Source: Flavobacteriaceae bacterium (GTDB lineage Bacteria > Bacteroidota > Bacteroidia > Flavobacteriales > Flavobacteriaceae). Taken from it: a DNA stretch of 64,000 nt. The stretch covers positions 2,838 to 66,837 of the forward strand of contig PBWA01000038.1 of NCBI GenBank assembly GCA_002728855.1, given 5' to 3'. Below, piece by piece: positions 17,342 to 27,219 of the stretch. Position 1 is the first letter of the stretch; the number at the start of each line of letters is the position of its first letter. The position numbers were made by a program, and so were the translations under genes. A model generated the notes under the pieces. It was given only the letters and a program-made list of their open reading frames with translations, ran no database searches and was not told the origin of the DNA.

Positions 17342-18471
17342 TATTTAACATATTCAACTATTTCAAGACCATAACCTGTTAGACCAACCCTGGGCTTTTT
17401 AGATGAGTTACTTATTATTCTAAGCTTATTTATATTTAAATCATGAAGAATTTGCGCGCCAATCCCAAAATCTCTAATATCCATAAATAAAGGAGGTGTT
17501 TTGACTTTGCTTTTTTTTAATTGTAATTTTTTAAGTTTTTTTATTCTGGGTAGTAAATCTTTAAATGGTTCTATTTGATTTATAAATATTATTGCACCAG
17601 TTCCCTCTTGATTTATTAATTTAAAAACCTCATCAATTCCTTTAGACTGCTTATTTATAAGCATAGTTAAAATATCATTATTTATTCGAGAGGAGTGAAT
17701 CCTTGTTAAAATACTATCATTTTTAGACCAAGTTCCTTTTGAAAGGGACACATGAATTTGATTGTTTGTAGTTTGCTCGTATGCAGTTAAGTTAAATTTC
17801 CCAAATTTTGTTTCAATCTCACTTTCAAGCTTTTTTTTAATTAAACTATCGTGTTTCATTCGATATGCAACAAGATCTTCAATTGAAACAATTTTTAGAT
17901 TAAATTTTTTAGCAACTTGAATTAGCTCAGGTAGTCTAGCCATTGACCCATCATCATTCATTATCTCTGAAATGACCCCTGCTGGTTTAAATCCAGCTAA
18001 TCTTGCGAAGTCTATTGCAGCTTCAGTATGCCCAGTTCTTCTAAGAACACCACCTTGTTTGGCTATAAGTGGAAATACATGACCAGGTCTTGTTAGATTT
18101 CTAGCTTGAATTTTTGGATCAACAAGTGCACGGATTGTTTTAGAGCGATCAGAAGCCGATATCCCCGTGGTAACACCGTTTCCTTTAAGATCAACCGATA
18201 CTGTAAAAGCTGTTTCCATTGGATCTGAACTTTCATCATCAACCATTTTTTTAAGCTTTAACTTTTCACATCTTTTTTCTGTAATGGGAGCACATATTAG
18301 ACCCCTTCCATGTTTCGCCATAAAATTTATAGTCTGGGGTGTAATTTTTTCTGCAGCAGCTAAAAAATCCCCTTCATTTTCTCTATCCTCATCATCAACA
18401 ACAATAATGACCTCACCCTTTTTAATTGACGAAATTGCTTCTTCAATTGTATTTAATTTTTTTTTAGTCAT
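17338..18471 (-). CDS. ribBA: 3,4-dihydroxy-2-butanone-4-phosphate synthase fused to a degenerate GTP cyclohydrolase II-like domain
   Basis: RibB motifs 'VVDDEDRENEGDF' and 'TGHTEAAIDFARLAG'. The C-terminal half aligns to GCH II, but 'RIHSSRINNDILTMLINKQ' replaces 'RVHSECLTGD..SLRCDCG'. Confidence 0.85.
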   Translation of the reverse strand: MTKKKLNTIEEAISSIKKGEVIIVVDDEDRENEGDFLAAAEKITPQTINFMAKHGRGLICAPITEKRCEKLKLKKMVDDESSDPMETAFTVSVDLKGNGVTTGISASDRSKTIRALVDPKIQARNLTRPGHVFPLIAKQGGVLRRTGHTEAAIDFARLAGFKPAGVISEIMNDDGSMARLPELIQVAKKFNLKIVSIEDLVAYRMKHDSLIKKKLESEIETKFGKFNLTAYEQTTNNQIHVSLSKGTWSKNDSILTRIHSSRINNDILTMLINKQSKGIDEVFKLINQEGTGAIIFINQIEPFKDLLPRIKKLKKLQLKKSKVKTPPLFMDIRDFGIGAQILHDLNINKLRIISNSSKKPRVGLTGYGLEIVEYVKY

Positions 18472-19925
18472 GAGTTTATTTTGCTTATTTGCCCTGTAAA
18501 TTTATCATAAAGCCAGTTAAAAGGTAATGATATGAAATCTAAATTGATACTTCCTTTATCAGATGAAGCTCTTTTGGTTAAAACATATGCAAAAGGAGAG
18601 AAAATTATAGTGGATACCCAACTAGCTATTAATGGAGATATACTATTATCCTCTGCAGCATTTTTAGCAAAAATACCTATGTAGTGATAGGAAAGAAAAA
18701 TAATTATTGATAAAACTAAGGGTAGACCCAATCCACCTTTTTTGATGATTGAACCAAGAGGAGCACCAATTAGAAAAAGTAAAATACATGAAAAAATTAT
18801 GGTGTATTTTTCATTAAGGGTAATTTTATGAAGATTTAATAGTTTCTGATAAAGAAAAAAAGTTCTTTTTTTGTCTTCTAAGTTTCTTATAGCTTCACCT
18901 ACACTATTTATAGCAAACTCAACAGATCTAAGTTTTCGCCATTTCATATCATCTTTAACAAAATTTAAAACATTTGAGTTTAAAATGGTGTCAATTTTAA
19001 ATGAATCCTCATCTAATAGTGTAATTTTATTTGTAAAGCTTTTCTTTAAAAAATTTTCACTAAAAATATCCCTTTTTTTTTCATATTCCTTTTCAAGAGA
19101 GTCAATACTTTCCTCAAGTTGATTTATTTTTTGCATTTTATAGGTTGAGGTATAGCTTTCTTTATTTAAATCTACATTATTAAATTCGGACAAATCAATA
19201 TTCATAATATATTCTTCAAAGCTTGTTTTCGTGTGATGATACCTTATTTTTTCAAGCGGCTTATTAGATAAAACTTCTTCATATCTATTTCCATCAAATA
19301 AAACTAATTGAAGATTAGCATCTGTTGTTTCGCTTCTTAATTCTCCTCGGGATGCTTTGATTACTATTCTATTTTTGTTATCAGATGTTTTCTCATGAAT
19401 TATAATATCTTCAAGTAATCTATCATCTTGCCCATATTTTTTATTGACTCTAATATTCATTCTTCCCAAATCATTGAAAACTCCTTCCCTAATAGCAATA
19501 GCAGGTTTTAATTTGGCAAGATTTCTTCTTAGATTAAAAGACTTTACCTCTGCAGATGGTATTACATTATTTGCAAAGAAATAACATCCTATCCCAAGAA
19601 ATATATGCAAAATAAAAAGAGGAGTTATACAACGAATCAGTGAAATACCAGAAGATTTAATTGCTGCAAATTCGTAGTTTTCAGAAAGTGAGCCAAATGT
19701 CATTAGTGAAGCAAGTAAAATTGATAGAGGTAAAATCAATGGAAATAATTTTGGCAAATAGTAAATTAAAAATTTAGAAATTATTGAAATGTCTAAACCT
19801 TTTCCAGCAAGTTCATCGAAAAAAAGCCAAAATGTTTGTATTACAAAAATTAGCATGCATATGCCAAATACACTGACAAGTCTTATTAAATATTCAGTAA
19901 TAATATATCGATCTAAGATTTTCAA
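18468..19925 (-). CDS. LptF/LptG family LPS export permease
   Basis: 'KILDRYIITEYL' N-terminus and the TM pattern of the YjgP/YjgQ family. TTG start. ATGA-type overlap with ribBA. Confidence 0.75.
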   Translation of the reverse strand: MKILDRYIITEYLIRLVSVFGICMLIFVIQTFWLFFDELAGKGLDISIISKFLIYYLPKLFPLILPLSILLASLMTFGSLSENYEFAAIKSSGISLIRCITPLFILHIFLGIGCYFFANNVIPSAEVKSFNLRRNLAKLKPAIAIREGVFNDLGRMNIRVNKKYGQDDRLLEDIIIHEKTSDNKNRIVIKASRGELRSETTDANLQLVLFDGNRYEEVLSNKPLEKIRYHHTKTSFEEYIMNIDLSEFNNVDLNKESYTSTYKMQKINQLEESIDSLEKEYEKKRDIFSENFLKKSFTNKITLLDEDSFKIDTILNSNVLNFVKDDMKWRKLRSVEFAINSVGEAIRNLEDKKRTFFLYQKLLNLHKITLNEKYTIIFSCILLFLIGAPLGSIIKKGGLGLPLVLSIIIFLSYHYIGIFAKNAAEDNSISPLIASWVSTIIFSPFAYVLTKRASSDKGSINLDFISLPFNWLYDKFTGQISKINS

Positions 19926-19941
19926 GTTCTACAATAAATTT

Positions 19942-20580
19942 TTATTCTATTATATAAAAATTAGGATATTCTTTTTTTTCAAACTGAAAAAAATTAATTG
20001 GTAATGAAACATTTGTTTTCATTTTTTCAATTGTTAATGTTGTTTGAGTTCCGTTATTTCCAATTTCAATTATTCGAAATAAATTCTTAGTATCTAAATC
20101 AACACCCACAAGTAAATATTGCACATCAGTATTTTCATCAACGGGGATAAGTTTAATGAATTGAATATTTTTATCACGAATGAATTGTTTAATATCCATT
20201 TGATAATCATAACCTTCCTTATAAAAACTCAGTAAATAGGATGGGCTAATAGTATAATTACTTAGTTCATCATCAGGGTTTGTTATTGTTATCTCTTCGT
20301 TTTCAGGAACGATTGTATATGTTAAATTACCATCATAAAGCTGAATTGCATCAAGGAAATTTAGTTTGTATAAATCTCCAGAGACAGTTATCTCTCCATA
20401 GGATTCTTGATTAATTTGCTCTTTGCGATTATTTAAAACATATGAAAAATCAAATTGAATTGATGAATATGAACTCATTTTTTCAGAAACTTGATTTAAC
20501 AAATTTTTTCCTTCAACAGATGTTTGAGAGTAAGAAAAATTATAAATAATGATTAAAAAAAATAAAACTCTATTACTCAT
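19942..20580 (-). CDS. lolA: LolA-like outer-membrane lipoprotein carrier protein
   Basis: 212 aa with a signal peptide. It sits immediately downstream of ftsK and overlaps it by 8 nt, the conserved Bacteroidota arrangement. The call rests mostly on context. Confidence 0.55.
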   Translation of the reverse strand: MSNRVLFFLIIIYNFSYSQTSVEGKNLLNQVSEKMSSYSSIQFDFSYVLNNRKEQINQESYGEITVSGDLYKLNFLDAIQLYDGNLTYTIVPENEEITITNPDDELSNYTISPSYLLSFYKEGYDYQMDIKQFIRDKNIQFIKLIPVDENTDVQYLLVGVDLDTKNLFRIIEIGNNGTQTTLTIEKMKTNVSLPINFFQFEKKEYPNFYIIE

Positions 20581-22894
20581 CTTGGTTCTTTAAAAATTGA
20601 TCTAGTGAATTAAGATCTGATATTAAAACTTGTCTTGCTTTACTTCCCTCAAATGGGCCAACAATTCCTGCTGCTTCCATTTGATCAATTATTCTTCCAG
20701 CTCTATTATAACCTAATTTAAGTTTTCTTTGTAATAATGAAGCGGAACCTTGTTGCGATGTGACAATTATCTCAGCAGCCTCTCTAAATAATTCGTCACG
20801 CTCTGAATCATCTATATCAATACTGCTTGTCTCTTCTCCAATATATTCAGGTAATAAATATGCTTGGGGATAAGCTTTTTGCCCTCCTATGAAATCAGTT
20901 ATTTTATCTACTTCGGGAGTATCGACAAAAGCACATTGAATTCTGACAAGATCATTTCCAACAGTATATAGCATATCTCCTCTTCCGATTAGCTGATCTG
21001 CACCGCCAGAATCTAGAATAGTTCTTGAATCAATTTTAGAAGTAACCCTAAATGCTATTCTAGCAGGAAAATTTGCCTTAATCAGACCAGTAATTACATT
21101 AACTGATGGTCTTTGAGTAGCAATTACCAGATGAATGCCAACTGCTCTGGCAAGTTGAGCTAATCTAGCTATTGGCGTTTCCACTTCTTTTCCAGCAGTC
21201 ATAAATAAATCAGCAAATTCATCAATAACAAGAACAATATATGGTAAATAATCATGCCCCTCAGTGGGCAGCAATCTTCTTTCACAAAACTTTTTATTAT
21301 ACTCTTTTATATTTCTACACATTGCAAGTTTTAAAAGTTCGTAACGATTATCCATTTCAGCGCAAAGAGAGTTTAGAGTTTTAATTATCTTTTTGCTATC
21401 AGTTATTATTGACTCTTCGGCATCAGGAAGCTTTGCTAGATAATGACGCTCTATTTTATTATATATGGTTAGTTCTACTTTTTTTGGATCAATTAATACA
21501 AATTTTACCTCTGCAGGATGTTTTTTGTATAAAAGAGAAGTAAGGATGGCATTTAAACCAACTGATTTTCCTTGACCTGTTGCACCTGCCATAAGAAGAT
21601 GTGGCATTTTGGTAAGGTCTACAACAAAAGTCTCATTACTAATATTTTTCCCCAGTGCAATTGGCAGTTCCATTTCAGCTTTTTGAAATTTTGTTGAGGA
21701 AATAACTGATCGCATTGAAACAATGCTTGAATTTTGATTAGGAACCTCTATACCAATTGTGCCTTTTCCAGGAATTGGAGCTATAATTCTTATGCCAAGT
21801 GCTGAAAGTGAAAGAGCAATATCATCCTCAAGGTTTTTAATTTTTGAAATACGAATTCCTGCTTCAGGAACAATTTCATATAATGTAACTGTCGGACCAA
21901 CAGTAGCTTTTATAGACGCAATACCAATTTTATAATTGTTTAAAGTCTCAAGAATTTTATCCTTATTTCTACCAAGTTCTTCTTGATCAACAGTAATTGT
22001 TCCTTCACCATACTCATTTAGCAGATTAAGATTGGGAAAAATATATTTACTTAGTTCTCTTTTAGGGTCAAGCGGACCTTGCTCTTTTAGTAGTTTTTTA
22101 GCTTGATTATCTGCAAGGGTTTCTTCAGTCACACCTGATTTGACTTCCATATTTACTTCATCCTTTCTTTTAAATTCACCAGGGGCATCATTTTTTTGAT
22201 AATTTGTATTATCATCAATTAGAGTATTTTTTACTTCAATTGATTCATTTTTATCAATCAATTCAGTAGTTTCTTGAGAATCCTCAACTGAAAATTGAGA
22301 TTTTTTAGAGTTTTCTTTTCGAAATAAACCCATAATTTTTTCTGGAGTAAATTTCCAATGTAAAACTATTATACAAATCCCAGAAAAAACTAGAAATGAA
22401 ATCAATCCAATAGGTCCAATATAAGATTTTGCTATGTCATTGATTTCAAAACCTACAGTTCCACTCAACAGGGGATAACTTTCAGAATAGAAAAAACCAA
22501 AAAAAACAGTTCCCCAAAGTATATAAGAAATCCCCCAACTCCATGTTTTTAAGAGGGATTTCTTTAATTTATTGAAAAATAAACTTACTCCTGTGTAGCA
22601 AAGTAGAAACGTAAAAATAAATGAAACTAATCCAAAAAGATCAAAAATAAAGAGGTGGCTGACCCAAGCACCTATCTTATTTAAAAGATTTTCAGATTGA
22701 ATTTGTCTGTCATTCAATGAATCAAGTGTGCTTTGATCGGTTTGCCAATTATAAAAATATGAACAAAAAGAGATAAATAGAAGAGTTCCTAGAATAAACA
22801 GAAAACTCCCAAATATTATTTCCCTACTACGATTTACGTTTATTGCGTCCTCAGAAAAATTTGATATTTCTAGGTCAGGATTGTTCTCAGTCAT
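20573..22894 (-). CDS. ftsK: DNA translocase FtsK
   Basis: N-terminal TM segments, Walker A 'GATGQGKS', 'VLVIDEFADL','ATQRPS', and a C-terminal gamma domain 'SASLLQRKLKLGYNRAGRIIDQME'. Confidence 0.95.
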   Translation of the reverse strand: MTENNPDLEISNFSEDAINVNRSREIIFGSFLFILGTLLFISFCSYFYNWQTDQSTLDSLNDRQIQSENLLNKIGAWVSHLFIFDLFGLVSFIFTFLLCYTGVSLFFNKLKKSLLKTWSWGISYILWGTVFFGFFYSESYPLLSGTVGFEINDIAKSYIGPIGLISFLVFSGICIIVLHWKFTPEKIMGLFRKENSKKSQFSVEDSQETTELIDKNESIEVKNTLIDDNTNYQKNDAPGEFKRKDEVNMEVKSGVTEETLADNQAKKLLKEQGPLDPKRELSKYIFPNLNLLNEYGEGTITVDQEELGRNKDKILETLNNYKIGIASIKATVGPTVTLYEIVPEAGIRISKIKNLEDDIALSLSALGIRIIAPIPGKGTIGIEVPNQNSSIVSMRSVISSTKFQKAEMELPIALGKNISNETFVVDLTKMPHLLMAGATGQGKSVGLNAILTSLLYKKHPAEVKFVLIDPKKVELTIYNKIERHYLAKLPDAEESIITDSKKIIKTLNSLCAEMDNRYELLKLAMCRNIKEYNKKFCERRLLPTEGHDYLPYIVLVIDEFADLFMTAGKEVETPIARLAQLARAVGIHLVIATQRPSVNVITGLIKANFPARIAFRVTSKIDSRTILDSGGADQLIGRGDMLYTVGNDLVRIQCAFVDTPEVDKITDFIGGQKAYPQAYLLPEYIGEETSSIDIDDSERDELFREAAEIIVTSQQGSASLLQRKLKLGYNRAGRIIDQMEAAGIVGPFEGSKARQVLISDLNSLDQFLKNQDE

Positions 22895-22910
22895 TTAATA
22901 ATGATATATA

Positions 22911-22918
22911 CAAAAATA
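22911..22918 (-). promoter_or_regulatory. Candidate -7 box TATTTTTG for ftsK
   Basis: Fits TAnnTTTG, 16 nt upstream of the ATG at 22894. Confidence 0.4.
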
Positions 22919-22978
22919 CAAATTCAACTCATAAGAAATCATAAGAACTCAAATCTATTTTATGACTCTTTATTTGGG

Positions 22979-24445
22979 TTAATTTAATTTATTTGAAATC
23001 ATCTTAATCTTTATTTTAAATGCAGCATAAAAAAGAGTCATTAAGGGACTTATCCAGTTAAATATAGCATAAAAGAAATAATCTGCTACAGATACGCCTA
23101 AAACTCCAGCTTGATATGCTCCACATGTATTCCAAGGAATTAATACTGAAGTTACAGTGCCAGAATCTTCAAGTGTTCTGCTCAGGTTTTCAGGAGAAAG
23201 TCTTCTTTGCTTATAAGCTTTAGCAAACATTTTTCCTGGTATAACAATTGAAAGATATTGGTCAGATGCAGTAAGATTAACAGTAAGACATGATGCCAGA
23301 GTACTTGCAAACAATTTAAATGTGGACTCAGCCCAGGCTAGGAATTTTTGACTTATAGTCTTAAGCGCACCAATTGCATCCATTGCTCCTCCAAAAACCA
23401 TTGCACATATTATTAACCAAATCGTATTCAACATTCCTTTCATTCCGCCTGAATAAAAAAGATCATTCAATAATTCATTTGATGTTATAATTTGTGTTTC
23501 AACAGTTATGGCGTTAATAATCGTTTGATATGCTGAATAAAAAGTTAATTGATTTGCTTCAGATAATTCAATAATAATTTTTGGCTGAAGTATCAATGAA
23601 AATAATCCACCTAATAGAGTTCCTATAAAAAGAGCAATTAATGGTGGTGCTTTTCTAGTTATTGAATAAATTACTACAGCTGGAACAATGAAAACAATAG
23701 GAGATATATTAAACTTTTCTTCAATAGATTTAAGAAGATTTATTGTTTCAGTATTTCCATTAATATCTTGAGAGAAACCGATGATAAATAAAATAATAAT
23801 TGTAATTAATATACTGGGAACAGTTGTATAAGTCATGTACTTGATATGCTGAAATAATTTAGCCCCAGATACAGCAGGAGCAAGATTTGTTGTATCACTC
23901 AACGGTGAAAGTTTGTCACCAAAATATGCGCCTGAAATTGCAGCACCAGCAACAATACCTGGAGGTAAGCCTAATGCTTTTCCAATACCAATTAAAGCTA
24001 CTCCAATAGTTGCTGAAGTACTCCAGCTGCTTCCTGTAGCAAGTGAAACAAGAGCACACAATATAACACATGCAGGTAAAAAGATACTAGGGTGTATTAT
24101 TAGTAATCCATAATATATCATTGCTGGTATAATACCACTTATTAACCATGTTCCTGCAAGTGCACCAACAAATAAAAGTATCAATATAGCACCAGTAACA
24201 GAATACAAGTTTTTTCCGATTTTTTTTATTATGAGCTTATAACTAATTTTATTAATAAAACCAATCAGAATTGCTATTGAAGCTCCGATCAATAAAATAA
24301 ATTGATTAGATCCATCAAGAGAGTCATCTCCAAACACATAAACATTGTAAGTAAGTAAAATAATAAGGAAAATAATTGGAGTAAGAGATTGAAGTAATGA
24401 AAGTCTTTTCAATATTTTAAGTTTTGAATCAACAAGGTAAGTCAT
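22979..24445 (-). CDS. nhaC: NhaC family Na+/H+ antiporter
   Basis: 488 aa polytopic membrane protein with 'GSSWSTSATIGVALIGIG' and 'SPLSDTTNLAP', typical of NhaC. Confidence 0.8.
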   Translation of the reverse strand: MTYLVDSKLKILKRLSLLQSLTPIIFLIILLTYNVYVFGDDSLDGSNQFILLIGASIAILIGFINKISYKLIIKKIGKNLYSVTGAILILLFVGALAGTWLISGIIPAMIYYGLLIIHPSIFLPACVILCALVSLATGSSWSTSATIGVALIGIGKALGLPPGIVAGAAISGAYFGDKLSPLSDTTNLAPAVSGAKLFQHIKYMTYTTVPSILITIIILFIIGFSQDINGNTETINLLKSIEEKFNISPIVFIVPAVVIYSITRKAPPLIALFIGTLLGGLFSLILQPKIIIELSEANQLTFYSAYQTIINAITVETQIITSNELLNDLFYSGGMKGMLNTIWLIICAMVFGGAMDAIGALKTISQKFLAWAESTFKLFASTLASCLTVNLTASDQYLSIVIPGKMFAKAYKQRRLSPENLSRTLEDSGTVTSVLIPWNTCGAYQAGVLGVSVADYFFYAIFNWISPLMTLFYAAFKIKIKMISNKLN

Positions 24446-24494
24446 TTTTTAATACTAAATCATCTTATTTGTAGGTCAAAGAATTAAACATTTG

Positions 24495-24502
24495 TATTTT
24501 TG
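24495..24502 (+). promoter_or_regulatory. Candidate -7 box TATTTTTG (with TTTG at 24468-24471 as a possible -33) for lpdA
   Basis: Fits TAnnTTTG, 20 nt upstream of the ATG. Confidence 0.45.
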
Positions 24503-24521
24503 ATCTGATAAATATTGTATT

Positions 24522-25922
24522 ATGAAGACATTTGATGTAGCAGTAATTGGATCTGGCCCTGGTGGTTATGTTTCAGCCATTCGCTGTGCTCAATTAGGTA
24601 TGAAAACCGCTTTAATTGAAAAGTATAATAGTTTAGGGGGAACATGTCTTAACGTTGGTTGTATCCCCTCTAAATCCCTATTAGATTCTTCACACCACTA
24701 TGAAGAAGCATTAAAGAATTTTTCTAATCATGGGATTAATATTTCTGGAAAAATTCAACTAGATTTTCAAAAAATGATTTCCAGAAAAACTGAGGTTGTA
24801 GATCAAACGACCAAGGGGATCAATTTTTTAATGGATAAGAATAATATTTCTGTTTTTCAAGGATTGGGATCATTTTCTAGTCCAACAAAAATTGAAATTA
24901 AAGGAAAGAAAAATGAATTTGTTGAGGCAAAAAACATTATCATTGCAACCGGCTCAAAACCTGCTTCTCTACCGTTTATTAAGATTGATAAAGAAAGAAT
25001 TATTACCTCTACAGAAGCATTGTCATTAAAAGAAATTCCAAAAAAGCTTATAATTATTGGAGGAGGGGTTATTGGCCTTGAATTAGGGCAAGTATATTGC
25101 AGATTAGGATCTGAAGTTTCAGTCATAGAATATGCAGATAGAATTTTACCTATAATGGATAGTTCATTATCTAGAGAGCTTATGAAAGTAATGAAGAAAC
25201 AGAATGTCAACTTTTATTTGTCTCACGAGGTTAAAAAGGTTGATAGGCATAAAGAAAATATTATTGTTAAAGCATTAGATTCGAAAGGAAATGAGATAGT
25301 TTTCGAAGGAGATTATTGTCTCGTTTCTGTTGGGCGAAAACCCTATATTGAGGGACTTTCTCCCGAGAACGCAGGCATAAAAGTTAATGATAAAGGACAA
25401 ATTGAGGTAAATGAAAAACTACAGACATCAACTGAAAATATTTATGCAATAGGGGATGTCGTTAGAGGAGCCATGCTAGCTCATAAAGCTGAAGAAGAAG
25501 GAGTCATGGTAGCTGAAATTTTAGCCGGACAAAAGCCACATATTGATCACAATCTCATACCTAATGTAGTTTATACATGGCCTGAAGTAGCTTCCGTTGG
25601 CAAGTCTGAAGAAGAGCTTATTGGAGAAGGTGTAAAATTTAAAAAAGGTCAATTCCCAATGCGAGCACTAGGTCGAGCAAGAGCTAGTATGGATACTGAT
25701 GGTTTTGTAAAAATACTTGCTGATCAATCAACTGATGAAATTTTAGGGATGCATATTATAGGAGCTAGAGCCGCTGATCTAATTGCTGAAGGAGTAACAG
25801 CTATGGAGTTTAGAGCCTCTGCCGAGGATATTGCTAGAATCAGTCACTCTCACCCTACCTATGCAGAGGCTATAAAGGAAGCTGCGTTGGCAGCAACTGA
25901 AAATAGACCGTTACATATTTGA
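24522..25922 (+). CDS. lpdA: Dihydrolipoyl dehydrogenase
   Basis: 'GSGPGGY' and the redox-active 'GGTCLNVGCIPSK', with C-terminal 'HSHPTYAEA'. Confidence 0.95.
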   Translation: MKTFDVAVIGSGPGGYVSAIRCAQLGMKTALIEKYNSLGGTCLNVGCIPSKSLLDSSHHYEEALKNFSNHGINISGKIQLDFQKMISRKTEVVDQTTKGINFLMDKNNISVFQGLGSFSSPTKIEIKGKKNEFVEAKNIIIATGSKPASLPFIKIDKERIITSTEALSLKEIPKKLIIIGGGVIGLELGQVYCRLGSEVSVIEYADRILPIMDSSLSRELMKVMKKQNVNFYLSHEVKKVDRHKENIIVKALDSKGNEIVFEGDYCLVSVGRKPYIEGLSPENAGIKVNDKGQIEVNEKLQTSTENIYAIGDVVRGAMLAHKAEEEGVMVAEILAGQKPHIDHNLIPNVVYTWPEVASVGKSEEELIGEGVKFKKGQFPMRALGRARASMDTDGFVKILADQSTDEILGMHIIGARAADLIAEGVTAMEFRASAEDIARISHSHPTYAEAIKEAALAATENRPLHI

Positions 25923-25924
25923 TT

Positions 25925-27211
25925 TTACTTATTAAAAATCCTTAGCATTTTATCATTAATTTCATTTAGACTCAAATTACCTATGCTTCCTATATGAGTA
26001 TGACTAATTTTACCGGATGGCTTGTATTTTTTGGATTTAATTTCTTCTTTGATCTTTAGGTAAGCATCCCTAAAAGGCATTCCATCTTTTGCATATTCAT
26101 TGAGCGAATCAACGCTAAAAATATTTTTGTATTTAGGATCTTTAAGTATATTTTTTTTGACTTTTATATTCTTAAGGCTCTCAGTAAATATTATTATGCA
26201 TTGTTTAATTTCTAAAACTGCTTCAATTATGGGGCCCTTAGCTAATTGCATTTCCCTATGATATCCACTAGGTAGATTTGCTGTAAGCATCGTCATTTGA
26301 GTCGGTAAACTTTTCAAAATGTTACACTTTCCTCTAATCAATTCAAAAACATCAGGATTTTTTTTGTGGGGCATTATACTTGACCCAGTTGTTATATCAT
26401 TAGGGAATGAAATAAAATCATATTCTTTTCCCATGTAAAGACAAATATCCATCGCAAATTTAGACAAAGTATTAGCTAAAGAAGCAATTGCATTTGAGGT
26501 TGTTAATTCAACTTTACCTCTACTAATTTGAGCAGCCATTGAATTGTATTTTAAGTAATCAAATTTGAGCTCTTTTGTTGTTTTGATTCGATCAATATCA
26601 AATGAAGTACCAAAACCTGCTGCACTTCCTAAAGGGTTTTGATTAACAAAAAATTTAGCAAGATTCAAAAATTCAATATCGTCAATTAAACTTTCTGCAT
26701 ATGCAGAAAACCATAATCCAAAGGAGCTAGGCATTGCAATTTGAAAATGTGTATATCCAGGCATTAAATAATTTTTATTTCTTTTAGCCAGAACAATTAA
26801 TAGATCAAAAAATTTTTTAGTTAAAAGTTTAATATCATTTAATTCCTTTTTTAAATATAGTTGAAGTGCTACTAGAATTTGGTCATTTCTTGATCTTCCT
26901 GTATGAATTTTTTTTCCCAAGTCACCAAGTTTATTTGTCAATTCATATTCAATTTTTGAATGAATATCTTCAAAATCATCTTCAATTAAAAGTTCTCTTT
27001 TTGCAGATTTAATTTTAATTTTTTCAAGTTCGTTGACAACTTTATTTAATTCATTTTTAGTAAATACACCAATTTTTTGTAGCATTTTTGCATGAGCAAT
27101 TGATGCCAGGCAGTCATATTCAGCAAGAAATAAATCATAATAAGTATCTTTCCCTATAGTGAAAGAATCTAGTTTTTTATTAGTTGAATTTTTATTATCC
27201 CAAAGTTTCAT
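25925..27211 (-). CDS. argH: Argininosuccinate lyase
   Basis: 'TGRSRNDQ' and 'GSSIMPHKKNPD' fumarate-lyase signatures. Confidence 0.95.
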   Translation of the reverse strand: MKLWDNKNSTNKKLDSFTIGKDTYYDLFLAEYDCLASIAHAKMLQKIGVFTKNELNKVVNELEKIKIKSAKRELLIEDDFEDIHSKIEYELTNKLGDLGKKIHTGRSRNDQILVALQLYLKKELNDIKLLTKKFFDLLIVLAKRNKNYLMPGYTHFQIAMPSSFGLWFSAYAESLIDDIEFLNLAKFFVNQNPLGSAAGFGTSFDIDRIKTTKELKFDYLKYNSMAAQISRGKVELTTSNAIASLANTLSKFAMDICLYMGKEYDFISFPNDITTGSSIMPHKKNPDVFELIRGKCNILKSLPTQMTMLTANLPSGYHREMQLAKGPIIEAVLEIKQCIIIFTESLKNIKVKKNILKDPKYKNIFSVDSLNEYAKDGMPFRDAYLKIKEEIKSKKYKPSGKISHTHIGSIGNLSLNEINDKMLRIFNK

Positions 27212-27219
27212 AATTTCAT

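Noticed and set aside
22931-22950. Tandem 10-mers ATAAGAAATC/ATAAGAACTC upstream of ftsK
   Set aside because: There are only two units, imperfect, in AT-rich intergenic DNA, and I saw no other copy in the window. This is likely chance.
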